Below are positions 27,605-41,445 of a stretch of 64,000 nt of DNA, piece by piece. The translations under genes and the position numbers were made by a program. Below the pieces are notes generated by a model. It was not told where the DNA came from, ran no database searches, and saw only the letters and a program-made list of their open reading frames with translations. The stretch is from the human T2T-CHM13v2.0 reference genome, Homo sapiens. The DNA lies in NCBI RefSeq assembly GCF_009914755.1, contig NC_060947.1, one strand, 5' to 3'. Positions within the stretch are counted from its first letter, which is position 1, and every line of letters starts with the position of its first letter.

Positions 27605-29892
27605 TGATAGGGTTTGGCTCTGTGTCCCCACCCAAATCTCATCTTGAGTTTTACTCCTGTAATTCCCATGTGTTGCAGGAGGGACTTCGTGGGAGATAAT
27701 TTGAACCATGGTGGTGGTTTTCCCCATACTGTTCTCGTGGTATGGAATAAGTCTCACAAGATCTGATGGTTTTATCAGGGATCTCTGCTTTTGTATCTTC
27801 CACATTTTCTCTTGCTGCCACCATGTAGGAAGTGCCTTTCACCTCCCGCCATGATTCTGAGGCCTCTCTAGCCATTTGGAACTGTAGGTCCAATTAAACT
27901 GCTTTTTCTTCCCAATCTCAGGTATGTCTTTATCAGCAGCATGAAAACAAACTAATACAGTAAATTCATACCAGTAGAGTGGGGTGTTGCTAAAAAGATA
28001 CCCGAAAATGGAGAAGTGCCTTTGGAACTGGGTAACAGGCAGATATTGGAACAGTTTGAAGGGCTCAGAAGAAGACAGCAAAATGTGAAAAAGTTTGGAA
28101 CTTCCTAGAAACTTGATGAAGGGCTTTGCCTAAAATGCTGATAGCAATATGGACAATAAAATTCAGGTTGAGATGGTCTCAGATGGAGACGAGGAACCTG
28201 TTGGGAACTGGAGCAAAGGTGACTCTTGTTATGTTTAAACAAAGAGACTGGCAGCATTTAGCCCCTGCCCTAGAGGCTTGTGAAACTTTGAACTTGAAAA
28301 AGATGATTTAGGCTATCTGTTGGAAGAAATTTCTAGGGAGCAAAACATTCAAGAGGTGATTGGGTGTTGCTAAATGCATTAAGTTTTATACGGGAAGCAG
28401 AGCATAAAAGTTTGAAAATTTGCAGCTTGACTATGCTATAGAAAAAACAAACAAACATTTTTTGGGGAGTAATTCAAGCCAGCTGCAGAAGTTTGTATAA
28501 GTAGCAAGAAGCCTAATGTTAATCCCCAAGACCATGTGGAAAATGTCTCCAGTCCACATCAGAGAACTTCGTGGCAGCTACTCCCTTCACAGGCCTGGAG
28601 GCCCAGGAGGAAAAAGTGGTTTCCTGGGTCGGGCCCATGATTCCTGTGCTGTGTGCAACCTAAGGACTTGATGCCCTGTGTCCCAGCCCCTCCAGCCATG
28701 GCTTAAAGGGGCCAACATACAGCTGGGGCTGTGACTTCAGAGGGTGAAAGCCCCAAGCCCTGGCAGCTTCCATGTGGTGTTGAGCTTGTGCCTGCACAGA
28801 AGTCAAGAATTGAGGTTTGGGAACCTCTGCCTAGATTTCAGAAGATGTATGGAAATGCCAGGAAACGCCAGGGAAAAGTTTATTTCAGGGGTGGGGCCCT
28901 CATGGAGAACCTCTGCTAGGGCAATGTGGAAGGGAAATGTGGGGTCAGAGCCCCCACACAGAGTCCCTACTGGGGCACCACCTAGTGGAACTGTGCAAAG
29001 AGGGCCACTGTCCTCCAGACCCCAGAAAGGTAGATCCACCAACAGCTTTCACCGTGCACCTGGAAAAGCCACAGACACTCAACACCAGCCCATGAAAGCA
29101 GCCAGGAGGGAGCACCCCTGCAAAGCCACAGGGGTGGAGCTGCCCAAGATCATGGGAACCCACTTTTTGCATCAGCGTGGCCTGTATATGAGACCCGGAG
29201 TCAAAGGATATCATTTTGGAGCTTTGAAATTTGACTTCCCCGCTGGATTTCAGACTTGCCTGGGCCCTGTAACCCCTTTGTTTTGGCCAATTTCTCCCAT
29301 TTGGAATGGCTGTATTTACCTGATACCTGTACCCCCATTGTATTTAGGAAGTAACTAGCTTGCTTTTGATTTTACAGGCTCACAGGTGGAAGAGACTTGC
29401 CTTGTTTCAGATAAGACTTTGGACTGTGGACTTTTGGGTTAATGCTGAAATGAGTTAATACTTTGGGGGAATGTTGGGAAGGCATGATTGGTTTTGAAAT
29501 GTGAGGATATAAGATTTGGTGGGGTCAGGGACAGAATGATATGGTTTGACTCTGTTTCCTCACCCAAATCTCATCTTGAATTTTACTCCCATAACTCCCA
29601 CATGTTGTGGGAGGGACGCAGTGAGACATAATTTGAATCATGGGGGCAGTTTCCCTCATACTGTTCTTGTGGTAGTGAATAAGTTCTCATGAGATCTAAC
29701 GGTTTTATCAGGGGTTTCTGCTTTTGCATCTTCCTTATTTTCTCTTGCCGCCACCATTTAAGAAGTGCCTTTCACTTCCCGTCATGATTCTGAGGTCTCC
29801 CCAGCCATGTGGAAGTGTAAGTCCAACTAAATCTCTTTTTCTTCCCAGTCTTGGGTATGTCTTTATCAGCAGTGTGAAAACAAACTAATACA
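27605..29892 (+). mobile_element. Full-length THE1A-type MaLR provirus: LTRs 27605-27959 and 29538-29892
   Basis: TGATA.GGTTTG.CTCTGT...ACTAATACA twice around a THE1 internal region; TSD ACCAC/CCCAC; ORFs 28126-29358 are THE1-internal frames. Confidence 0.95.
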
Positions 29893-31191
29893 CCCACCCT
29901 GGCCTGACAATTTTTAATGCCCTAACTCCTTGGCCTCAATGATTCTCCTGAAGAAGGGTGTCAAAGACAACCAAAATCCTGTTCTTAAATTTCATATATG
30001 AACACAGGGAAAGATTTTCTTTTTTACTTCAGGGTTGCAGGCTAGAAAAATATAAAACTGATGCTATCTGCAGATATATCATCTCCCAACCCCCACTACC
30101 AAACTGAGAAAGCCTTTATTAAACAGGAAAGAGATGGGCCAAGAAAAACAGAAGTAGATATGAGATAAATATGAATCAATATGAAATAAGCAAGAGATAA
30201 ACTGAGAAACTACAGCATGGCTTTATTTCTGAAAAAAAATTTACTCTTGACATTTCAGTTGCATGAGACAATGAGTTACCTTTTTGTTGTTATTTTTACT
30301 AATTTATAACATGTAACCCAAAGATCATTGACTAGTACCTTTGGGTGCATTACTGTCGGTAAATTGAATTAGATGACCAGTGTGACTTTAAGCAGAGAAT
30401 GACAGTATCACTGCTGCTGCCTTTTTTTTTTTTGTCCAGTCTACCATCATTTCCCACATTGATTATTGCAGTAGCTTCCAAACTGGTCTCTTTGTTTTCA
30501 CCCTTGCTCCAAGAGACTATTTTTAACATGGAAGCCATAGGTTTGATTGTGTCATGCCTTTGCTCAAGCCTCTTTGATGAATGGTCATTTATATTGAAGA
30601 TTAAATACATTAAGGAGGTACACAGCAGTTCTTTAAACTTTAGGACATATCACAATCACAAGGGGATTTGCTGAAATGCAGATTACTGGCCCACACTAAG
30701 AAATTTCAAATCCAGAGACTTGGCCTTTTTTCTATATTCTACCCTTTTAGTAACATCAAGTGAGCGTTATAGAGGCTTAAAATTATTTTACTAACAAGAG
30801 TGTGGTGGCTCTTCACTAAAGCAATTACTAAGCTTTAGAAATAATAACCTGCCTTCTAATAATTCTAATAATTCTTCATAGCTCAATCTTTGATTTAAGG
30901 TCCAATGCAAAGGAATACAGTCAATTTTTAAATTTGAGTCTTGATATGTTATCCCACATATGCTACTATTCTTTAATCCTAAACTTCAGTCTTTCTCAGT
31001 TTAGCTCTGCTACATATCCTTTTAACTCATCCTTATTAAGTGAATCGTCTAAACCAACTGCATGCCAATTAATTTTTTTCACTTAACTCCATCACAACTT
31101 CATATGCTCAAGATTGAATTCAGTGAATGCTGATTGGCTTTTCTCCTGCATGGCTTTCTGTAATGTACTGATCTGCAAAATAAGGTCATAA

Positions 31192-31503
<312 letters not shown>

Positions 31504-33445
31504 CTCTGATCTGCATTTTCAAAGTCTCATTCACACTGCTTGCTTTGTAATTTAGTCACTTACTAGCCTAATCATCTTGATTTTTGATCCACTGCTGTAC
31601 CATCTGTATCTATAGTCTTCACTAATACTTATTTTATTCTCAATTTAAGATAAAAAGCAATGCTGGACAGTTAGGATCTTTGGCCGGCTTGAAAATCAAA
31701 TAAACTGCTTATTTGCATCTTTATTTTTGCTTTATTGTTCCCTGTAAATAATTATAAAACAGAAATCTTGCTTTTTATTGAATTTTACCTCATTTCTTGA
31801 AAGTTGACATTTGGGCAGCAGATTTGCTGGCTCTAACCACAATCCTTTTGTTAGTTTTAGAATGTAAATAGCACCCATAGTTTTATTTAAACAATTTTCT
31901 AATTATTATATTTCGACAATGTAAACTTTCACCCTCACATAATTTTTATGCAATTAAACCTTCAGCATTCAAATTACACTTATACTACTATACAAGCAAT
32001 AAATTATTGTTTTGATAAAAATTATTCAAAGCGACTCTGCTTCTAAATTATGTATTCATATCCCCCAAAATGCATTCTAATCATATCTGATGCAATAAGT
32101 TATACTAAAAGGTCCTCGAATATAAAAACTAAAAAATGGTCAATTTGGTATACACACCTGTAGTGCTGAGGAGAGAGTTTTTTCAAATACCTTTGTACCT
32201 GTGCATTGTATGAAATGTTGTTCAAGGTAAAGGAACATGGGAATAGGACTTCACTGAAAAGAAATCAAGAGACAATCTATGAGTAGACGTAAGTCTTGAG
32301 TCATTATACATCTATTATGGTCCCAGAAAACTCCCCAGAACATGAAAAACAAATCTGATCTAAGCCTGAAGATGTTGCTCTTCCAGGAATATATAGAAAA
32401 CTTATTCATAACCAAAGCATTGTTATGAGTAGAGTCATATTTATAATAAGAGCTAGTCTAAAATGAGTGTGTGTTTCATTATAAACACAAAAATAATACA
32501 GATGTTATAAGTCTTCACTGCTGAAAATCATTTGAAAGGACAGAAGCAAGGCAGAACTAATAGATTACAACATTGCACATTGTTGTGTCATAGACAAAAC
32601 TACAGGTCCACAGATTTGTGATGCTGTGAACAAGACTGCACTTGCTGTGCTTTCAAATTACAGATTTCCACTTGAAGCATAGATCCATTAAACTGTGGAA
32701 TCCTAATTTTGAGAAGTGGCAACAAATGACATTGGTAAATGATTTGCCAAGAAACATAGTACTGGTTGCATTAGCAACCATATGAGCCATAATAGTCTTG
32801 AAATGTTTGTATTCCTTACTTTTAAAATGGAAATTTTTTTTGTTGAGTATTATATTCAGTTTCCTCTTTGTGTTGTGTTAGTTACTGATGTTTGTGGAGA
32901 TGCTGGAACTGTTTTTGAGCTGCACCTTTCTATTTGTTATAAATATATTCCCATAGATTTAGGGAGCATTAACAAATGATTAGTGCTAAATGTGAGCCAA
33001 CTCTGATATTTGCCATTAATTCCTTAATTATTACTGTGTTGGAAAGTGGATCTTGTACAGATATGCACATTAGATTCTTGTACATTTTTATCAATTCCAA
33101 TATGTATTGCAAAGCTTGCAATCTCAGTTATAGCATTTAATAGATTTCAAAATCACTATATATATGGGAAAATAGTAAAAACATTTTAAAGAAAAGCTGT
33201 TTATGTAGAAAACTATTGTCTTTTTTCTAGATAAATGCTAACTAGATAATAATGTTAGGATAGACAAGTCAACTAATTAATGTTTGACGTGTTAAGGATA
33301 GTGTTTTGTTTGGGTTCCTTTCCCCTTTTTTAAAAAAAAAAAAATGTACAGCATATCCAGTAATTGTGTTTATTATACATGTTGCCAAGGAATCATTTTT
33401 GCTTCCTAGTTTTTCCTTTGTTGTAATCTTCTGCTGACCTTGTTA

Positions 33446-33515
33446 TAGGTTGGGACAAAAGTAATTGCCATTACTTTTAATGGCAAAAATCGCAATCTCT
33501 TTTGCACCAGTCTAA
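33446..33515. mobile_element. MADE1 (Hsmar1 MITE) with a 9-bp deletion in one arm
   Basis: TAGGTTGGGACAAAAGTAATTGC-CATTACTTTTAATGGCAAAAATCGCAAT...TTTTGCACCAGTCTAA flanked by TA. Confidence 0.92.
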
Positions 33516-34079
33516 TACAAGCATTTCTTATTTCAGAGCAATTAACTTCAGAATAATGCACAGTTACACCGCTTTGTCTATTATACTCATGTTACTAACT
33601 TTTGTATTTATAATAGGCAGTACACAAGTTGTATGATTCCTTGATGTTTCGCGTACTATTTTCTTCCTTTTAAAGTAAAGTTGTTCTCATCCTTCTCTTT
33701 GACATTATTTGATCCTACCCCCATGCATAGAATGTTTTAAAAATTCTGCTGCATTGAGACACCACAGTTTTTCTTCAAGTGATAGTCATTGTTTTTAGAA
33801 ATCACTTATATAACTAACATTAAATCAAAATTATATTATTCACTTATGAGTTAATTGATTCAGCAAATATTTTTGACGAATTGCTAGGTACTGTATTAAG
33901 CTAAGTACCTCTTATATATGGTAAGAGAAACAAAGTCCCTGCTCTCATAGACTTTACATTCCAGGGGTCACTCTACTGCCCCATTCATTAAACATATTTC
34001 CAAAAGCATCATGCCATGTGAAGTAAAGGCATACAATTTTTAGTTTATTTGATATGAAGACAAGCACTGGATTTATGCC

Positions 34080-34693
34080 TGTTCTCTCTCATCTCCCTCT
34101 AATTCTTTCTCTAGAAATAATCTAGAATAATCTTTATAGCATGTAAATCAGGTTGTGTCTCTTGTCCTCTTCAAACCCAACAATGTCATTTGATGCACTT
34201 ACAGTAAAGTCCTAGTGATTTATGGCAGCCCATGACGTTTAGCCACTGCTGCCTCTTCAATCTTACTTCATGCCACTCTCTTATTTTATTCTTATACCCC
34301 AGCCAGAGTGGCTTTTCCATTCCTTGAATATGCACCTGTTGGCCCTTCTGACTCCAATGTTGTTTCACAGGGTTTTCACAAAATTTTCTTTTTAAAATCA
34401 TCGCCTCCTTATAAGAAGTCTTTGTTGAGGCAGCCTAGGTTAGTAGATTCCCTGGCCTCCATTGTTATTATCTCTCTTGGCTCCTTTTATTTAAATAGCT
34501 CATAGCAACTTACATAATTCTACATTTATTTGTTTGTTTGCTTGTTTATTTTCTTCCTTTCTAACTAGACTCAACTCCCTGTGGGTAAAAGCAAGGTCTG
34601 TTTTATTCAGCATTTTATAATTAGTACTTAGCACAGCACTAGCACAGAACAAATTATTTAATACATAAATAGATGAATGGTTGAGTGAATGAA
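34080..34693 (+). mobile_element. L2 3' fragment
   Basis: Ends ATAAATAGATGAATGGTTGAGTGAATGAA. Confidence 0.75.
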
Positions 34694-34748
34694 AGTCCAT
34701 AATAGGGGATGCCGCCCTTCATTATGACATTTCCCCTAATTGCACAAT

Positions 34749-35354
34749 TGAGGCAGGAGAATAGGTTCTGGAGGCAGGGAACTTAAAGCTGTTTCACGCC
34801 GACTTCCTATAACTAAATTGAAAGGAAATCCCTAACTTTCCACGCCTAAGTAACAAAAGGACCAGAGGCTACTCCCTTTAACCTTTTCTATGAAGCAGAT
34901 GAGAAATTGGCTGTCTGCAAAAAATCAGACTGATTGCGGGCCGAGTCTTGGTTTGCATAGAAGTATAACTTTGTAACTTCACCCTAGCCTCTGATTGGTT
35001 GCTTTTTGCAACCAATCAGATGTTTGCATAGGAGTGTGACCTTTGTAACTTCACTTCAGCCTCTGGTTGGCTGTTCTCTGCAACCAATCAGACTGATTGT
35101 GGGCTACCACTTCATTTACATGAGGTGAGCATGAAGTGGCCAATGGGAAACTTCTAGGGGATATTTGGACCCAGGAATATTCTGTATCCGGCAGGCTCCC
35201 ACACTATGGAATGCACTTTCGTTTTCGATAAATGCCTGCTTTCGTTCTTTTGTTGCTTCATTCTTTCTTTGCTTTGCTGGGCCTTTTGTGCAATTGTTCG
35301 TTTAAAACTCCAAGAACCTGGAGAACTTGCAGTCACAACCGTCTACCAGTGACA
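34749..35354 (+). mobile_element. MER51A/B solo LTR (ERV1)
   Basis: TGAGGCAGGAGAATAGG.TCTGGAGGCAGGGAAC start, repeated CCAATCAG/CTGATTG boxes, ends GTGACA. Confidence 0.88.
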
Positions 35355-36505
35355 TATCCTTTCTAGATCCACATAGTTTTTATTTCAGTGCCTTTTTCAG
35401 GAACACGATTTACTCTAAGTTTAAGAAATATCCACTTCAAAGTATGCCCCATTTTGTAAGAGTTTTATGAGCCTGAATTCAAAATTTATTCTGATATGGT
35501 ACAAAAAATATTTTAGGCATATGGATATTATTCATTTATGCTGAAAATTGCTGAGTACGCTGTCTTCAACAAACAGATTAAAACAAATCAGTGATCTTAA
35601 AACTATTTTTATACATAAAATTATTATGGTACCTGCTAGGGTTTCAAAAATAAACTGTTGCATAACATTTAAATCTCTGTAGATTTGGTGAGCCATAAAG
35701 GCCTCCTGTGTGCAAACATTAACATTAAACAGTCACTAAAGGGAGTATCTAGCATGTTCCCACCTATATTTCTGAAGATACAACTAAGGTCTATAGTAAC
35801 TTTTTTCCACAGTTTCGGCCTTAAGACACGTCTTCTCCATGCTACTTTTCCTAACTAGTCATGCCTTCAATTATATGCCTCTTTTCATAAATTTATATGT
35901 GCTCTGTGCATAATTTAGCACATAATTATGAGCTAGTCTTATTTCTCTCTGTTAATACTTTTTGTATGATAGTGTGATCTTTGTAACTAGATTACAAGTT
36001 ATTTGAGGGTTGATAATTATCTTGTCATATTTCTTCTGTATACCCCAAATCTTCTCTCCTAATGTTGAATATAGAGAGAGTGCACAATAAGTACCTGATT
36101 ACTATATGTGGTGGTTGTGAATATAAATATTTTAATACAATTTTGTTGTATTAAACACTCTCTAATTCCTTAATAATGCCCTAAGACAAGAAAATTTCAT
36201 AAATAAGTCGTACTTTGCAATTTGTATCTACTATTAGAATTTTTCTGAGTTATATTTATATAGAACCCTCATAGATAGGTCTTATTGGGATATCGATCCT
36301 TGGCCTTAATAGGGAAAATATTTTTTCCTGTCTATGCTATAATTTATATGTTTTTGTTATGTCAGGAACCTTACCTGCGTTTCTGTAGGAGAAGGTCAGA
36401 GAAGTGAGGAGAAAAGCAAATTGAGGCTCCCTACAGTTTTTACCTTTTATTTATATTTTTAAGTCTTCTTGTTACTCCATAGAAGGGGATATAGTAAACA
36501 CTTAA

Positions 36506-36852
<347 letters not shown>

Positions 36853-38569
36853 GACTACATTTCTTTATGTGCTACTTTCAGAGTCAGAGTCAGGGTCTTT
36901 CAGCACCAAATACAATGCTATTCTTAACTGATGGACCCCCCCCCCCCCCACAACAGTGTAGTCAAAGTTTCTCTTGGAATATTACTATAAATATGAAGTT
37001 TCTTAACTCTTTTCACAGTTGCGATCTAATTCAGTCCTCACATAAGCTCTCTGTGACAGTCATTACTGTCTTTATTACATATAAAAAGGAAACTATAGCT
37101 CAGAGAGTTTGGTTAATTTTCCTCAGGTAGTGAAATTGTGTGAGAACCTAGATTTTTTTCACTGTAATTTTTGTGTTCCTTGTAATATTTTAATCCTCCT
37201 TCCAAAACACACACATAGAAAAGAAGATGTTAGAGGAAGAAGGCTGAAATTGGGTGTTGCAGGTAGAGGCAGACATAAAGTTGTCACCAAGAAGGAAGAA
37301 AAGAGGGGAGATAAATACTTTGGAAAAATCTGCTAATAAAACAATTTTATTGCATTTTTTAAATATAATCTACTTCCAGTTTTCACAGTGGTCAAAAATT
37401 GTTAGACTATGGCATTACATAATGAGAATTGTCCCAATGTTTTCCATAGTTGAGTTTACCTGCTGCTTAGCTCTATCAGAAAGCTGTTTTTCTGCCCGTA
37501 GCAAATTCGTTAAAGTGCCATGGGTGTACAGAGTTCAAAACTATTACTTTAATAGCCCAAGAGAACTAAAAATAACAAAAAAAAAAAGCTCAAAGTAATT
37601 CTAAAACATTAGTCACCTTTCAGTTCTGGTTGAAAGAAAAAATCCTCACTAAGGAGAATGTGCTACAAAGAGGAGTGCCAGGGTTACTTTGTTTCCCCCG
37701 CTACTTTTTTTTTTTAGACCTAAGTGGTACCTGGGGAGAAGAAACAGTTTATTAAGCTGCACCCAGCATCGCCAAGATGTGGAAGAGGTTAAAACACTGA
37801 TGAACAAACTTCTTCTAATCCTATACTAAACACACAAAAGCAGGCCACGAAGAGCTTTAGATAAAAATTTTAAGAATTACAAGGATCTTTAATACTGCTG
37901 TGCAATTAAAATTTCAGTATTAATGCCAACCTTGGGGAAGAAACTGGTTGGTTTAATAGTTTCCCAAGGTCACAAAAGTCATCTGCAATCCAGTAGTGAA
38001 CTCTAATGTGAACTCCCTGGAACAGAAAGGAAACAACATAATAGAGATCATTCGTTAATTGCTTTCTAACATAAAGCGATGGTAGAAACAAGCAAAATGT
38101 AGATAATTTCTGAACCTCTTGCAGCATAAATAGTCCTTTGGACTATTTCGGCTTATGGAGAACATGAGCTGTGTCAATTATAAAGATATTTAAGAACTCT
38201 GAATTAAGAAAATTGTGAATAGTCATTTTTCGTGTGCATTTATAAGTGCAAAACACATAATGTTAATCAGATTATTTCTAAGTATAATCAATTAAATGTT
38301 TGCTACGGCATTGACTTTAAAGTCCTTTCTAGTAAACCACAAAGAAAGTTAAATTCATCCCATCTCTAAATATAGATAAAGTCTTGACAAGTTACATAGT
38401 TTTCTGAACTTGAATCCTAGTTGTGTATTTCACCATCAGAAATTATCACAAACTTTCAATGCTGTGTTTAAACTTATATTAACCTGAAACCCCGTATCCT
38501 GGAGTCAAAGGGTGTGGAGAAATAGTGCCACATAGAATGACTTCTGCCAGCCCTCTCTTTTCCAATTAA

Positions 38570-38885
38570 TATGGCATAATGGTGAAGAGCTTAGGCTGTG
38601 GAGTCAAATTAGGGTTTTACTCCCACCTCCAATATTTAGTAGCCATATGCCAAACACTGTGTTGAGCAATTCACACATTATCTTATGCTGATCAGGTGGA
38701 TAGGTATTATTTTAATTCTCCCATTAAAATTATAAAATCAATTATATTAATTTCATTATTTTCAATGCAGAAATTGAGGTTTAGACAGATTGAAGGATGA
38801 CTCAACATCACACAGATGTTAACGAGTAAAGCCAGAATTCTAATTAAGATGTGTTTAAGTCCATTAATCACTCTATAATCTTTAA
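38570..38885. mobile_element. MIR fragments
   Basis: GGCTGTGGAGTCA...; GCAGAAATTGAGGTTTAGA...TCACACAG...AGCCAGAATT. Confidence 0.65.
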
Positions 38886-38979
38886 CACTTGTAGCAGATG
38901 CTGTCAGCACCCTATCCAAATCTCCTGAAAACAATTTCTGGACACATTAAGGACTTTCTGTGTCTTGCGGCTTGGGGGC

Positions 38980-39940
38980 TGTGATGGTTAATATTAGGTG
39001 TCAACTTGATTTGTGTATTAGTCCGTTTTCACACTGCTGATAAAGACATACCCAAGACTGGGTATTTATTTTTATAAATAAAAAGAGGTTTAATGGACTC
39101 ACAGTTCCACCTGGCTGGGGAGGCTTCACAATCATGCTGGAAGGCGAAAGACATGTCTTACAGGGTGGCAGGCAAGAGAGAGTGAGAGCTAAGTGAAAGA
39201 GGAAACCCCTTATAAAACCATCAGATCTCGTGAGACTTATTCACAACTACGGGAACAGTATGGGGGAAGCTGCCCCCATGATTCAATTATCTCCCACTGG
39301 GTCTCTCCCACAACATGTGGTGATTATGGGGACCAAAATTCAAGATGAAATTTGAGTAGTGACACAGCCAAACCATATCAATTGGATTAAAATATGCCTA
39401 GATAGCTGGTAATATGCTTAGATAGCTGGTAAAGTATTGTTTCTGGTTGTGTCTGTGAGGGTATTGCCAGAAGCAATTGGCATTTGAGTCAGTGGACTGG
39501 GAGGGAGAGAAAGACTCACACTCAGTGTGGGTGGGCACCATCCAATCAGCTGTCAGCATGGCTAGAACAAAGCAGGTGGGATAAGCTGGCTTGTTGAGTC
39601 TTCTGGCTTTTGTCTTTCTCCCATGCTGGATGCTGCCTTACGTTCCTCCTACCCTTGGACATCAGACTCTAGGTTCTTCAGCCTTGGGACTCTTGGACTT
39701 AACACCAGTTGTTTGCCTGGGACTCCCAGGCATTCAGCCACAAAATGAAAGCTGCACTGTGGACTTCCCTGCTTTTGAGGCTTTTGAACTTGGACTGAGC
39801 CATTACTTCCTTACCTTGCAGACAGCCTATCGTGGGACTTCACCTTGTGATCATGTGAGCCAATACTCCCTAATAAACTCCCTTTTATATGTACATATAT
39901 CCTATTAGTTCTGTCCCTCTAGAGAATCCTGACTAATAAA
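38980..39940 (+). mobile_element. MLT2A/B solo LTR (ERVL)
   Basis: TGTGATGGTTAATATT...GTCAACTTGA; CTATTAGTTCTGTCCCTCTAGAGAATCCTGACTAATA. Confidence 0.88.
39014..39380 (-). mobile_element. THE1B-type solo LTR nested in MLT2
   Basis: TGTATTAGTCCGTTTTCACACTGCTGATAAAGACATACCC...AAACCATATCA; TSD ATTTG/ATTGG. Confidence 0.92.
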
Positions 39941-40474
39941 AGGGTATTTTCTGGCCAAGGGGGCAAGCCAGGGAGTAGCACACAGATGGGCAGATTATTC
40001 AGATTAGGATATATGTGAAGAAATAAAAGATTATCCACTGTAAATGAGGTGGAGATGTCTGAACTGTTTAGACAGGGCATTGAAGAAAGGGTTAGAAGGC
40101 TAAGAAAGATGGGGCATTCTAGAGTGAATTAACTATGGGGACCATAAAATCATCATCTGACTATGATTCTCCTGAGGCCCATAGAGAAAATTCTTCACCA
40201 AAGTGAGAAGTAATAGTTTGGCAGATCACCAGAAGTCTTGAAAGGGCAACATTTTAACATTGAAGACAATGAAATTTGAGAAAGATGATTGTGGCTAAGA
40301 CAAATATGTGAATATTTGTCTCAGGTCAAGCCCTCCGGACAGCATTCACTATAGACAGGGCACTGAACAATTGGGTGGCTAGGAATGACTGTTTTAGTGG
40401 TTTGCATCTAGCCTACATTTTCTGCTATCCCATTGCTTACATGTTAATCATACATAAATATATTAATCATATTG

Positions 40475-40930
40475 AATAAGTTTTCCTGCCCTGCTTGAAC
40501 AAATTTCCACAAACTTGGTGGCTGGAAAGAACAGAATTTTATTTTTTTGCAGTTCTAGAGGCCAGAAGTTCAAAATCAAAGTGTCAGTAGCATTGTACTC
40601 CCTACAAAACTTCTTGGAAAGAATTCATTTCATGCCCCTCTCCTTGCTTCTGGCGGATGTTGGCAATCTTTGGCATTTTTTTTTCGTTTGTAGCTGTATC
40701 ACTCAAATTTCTGCCTCCATATCACACTGCCTCATGTTCTTCTGTCTGCCTCTCCTCTTTGTCTCTTACAAGCACATTTATTATTGGACTTAGAGCCCAT
40801 CCACATAAACCATGATATCCTCATCTTGAGTTCTTTACTTAATTACATCTGTAAAGATCCCTTTTCCAAATGAGATAACATTCACAGGTTCCAGGAATTT
40901 GATATGGACATACCATTTAGGGGCCATATG
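40475..40930 (-). mobile_element. MLT1B/C solo LTR
   Basis: CAGTTCTAGAGGCCAGAAGTTCAAAATCAA...TAATTACATCTG.AAAGA.CC. Confidence 0.75.
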
Positions 40931-41445
40931 CAACCCACTTTACATGGTAGCAAAATTGGCAATTATGCATAGGCTCAATAGCATAAGCACCTATCAACAA
41001 TGCTAGTGTACATACTGCTGCAGCTAAATAAATAAACAGCAATGACCAAGACTGAGCCCTTGATATAGTACCACTGTTCAAAGAGACCAGCCAGCTACTT
41101 GATTTCAAGTTGCTTACATCAAACTCTTTCCACACAGCAGGAAGCATTGGTTAGTTTTTACTGAAAATTATATCAATTATTGGTGTGGGTGTGCCTTCTC
41201 CACTCACACTGTTTCTGATAACACAACTGCTCAAAGACTCATAGAGTATCATAGTTATCCACACTGGATTCCACATAATATTACCTTGGAGCAAGGGAGC
41301 CACTTTTTGGTGAAGAAGTTGCCACACTTAGAATATGACCAAAGAATTCATTGCTTTTATCATATATTACCCAGAAGCTGCCAGTCTGATGGAACATTGA
41401 AACAATCTCCTAATGATGTAGCTAAGGCACTAGTTTGAAAATGGC

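Noticed and set aside
27863-27875. PRDM9 hotspot motif in THE1 LTRs
   Set aside because: Reads CCTCTCTAGCCAT, not CCTCCCTAGCCAC; the other THE1 LTRs also lack the motif
28744-29358. 204-aa ORF and overlapping ORFs
   Set aside because: Lie wholly in the THE1 internal region; typical repeat-derived open frames
34900-35150. Repeated CCAAT boxes
   Set aside because: Intrinsic to MER51 LTRs; no locus-specific evidence
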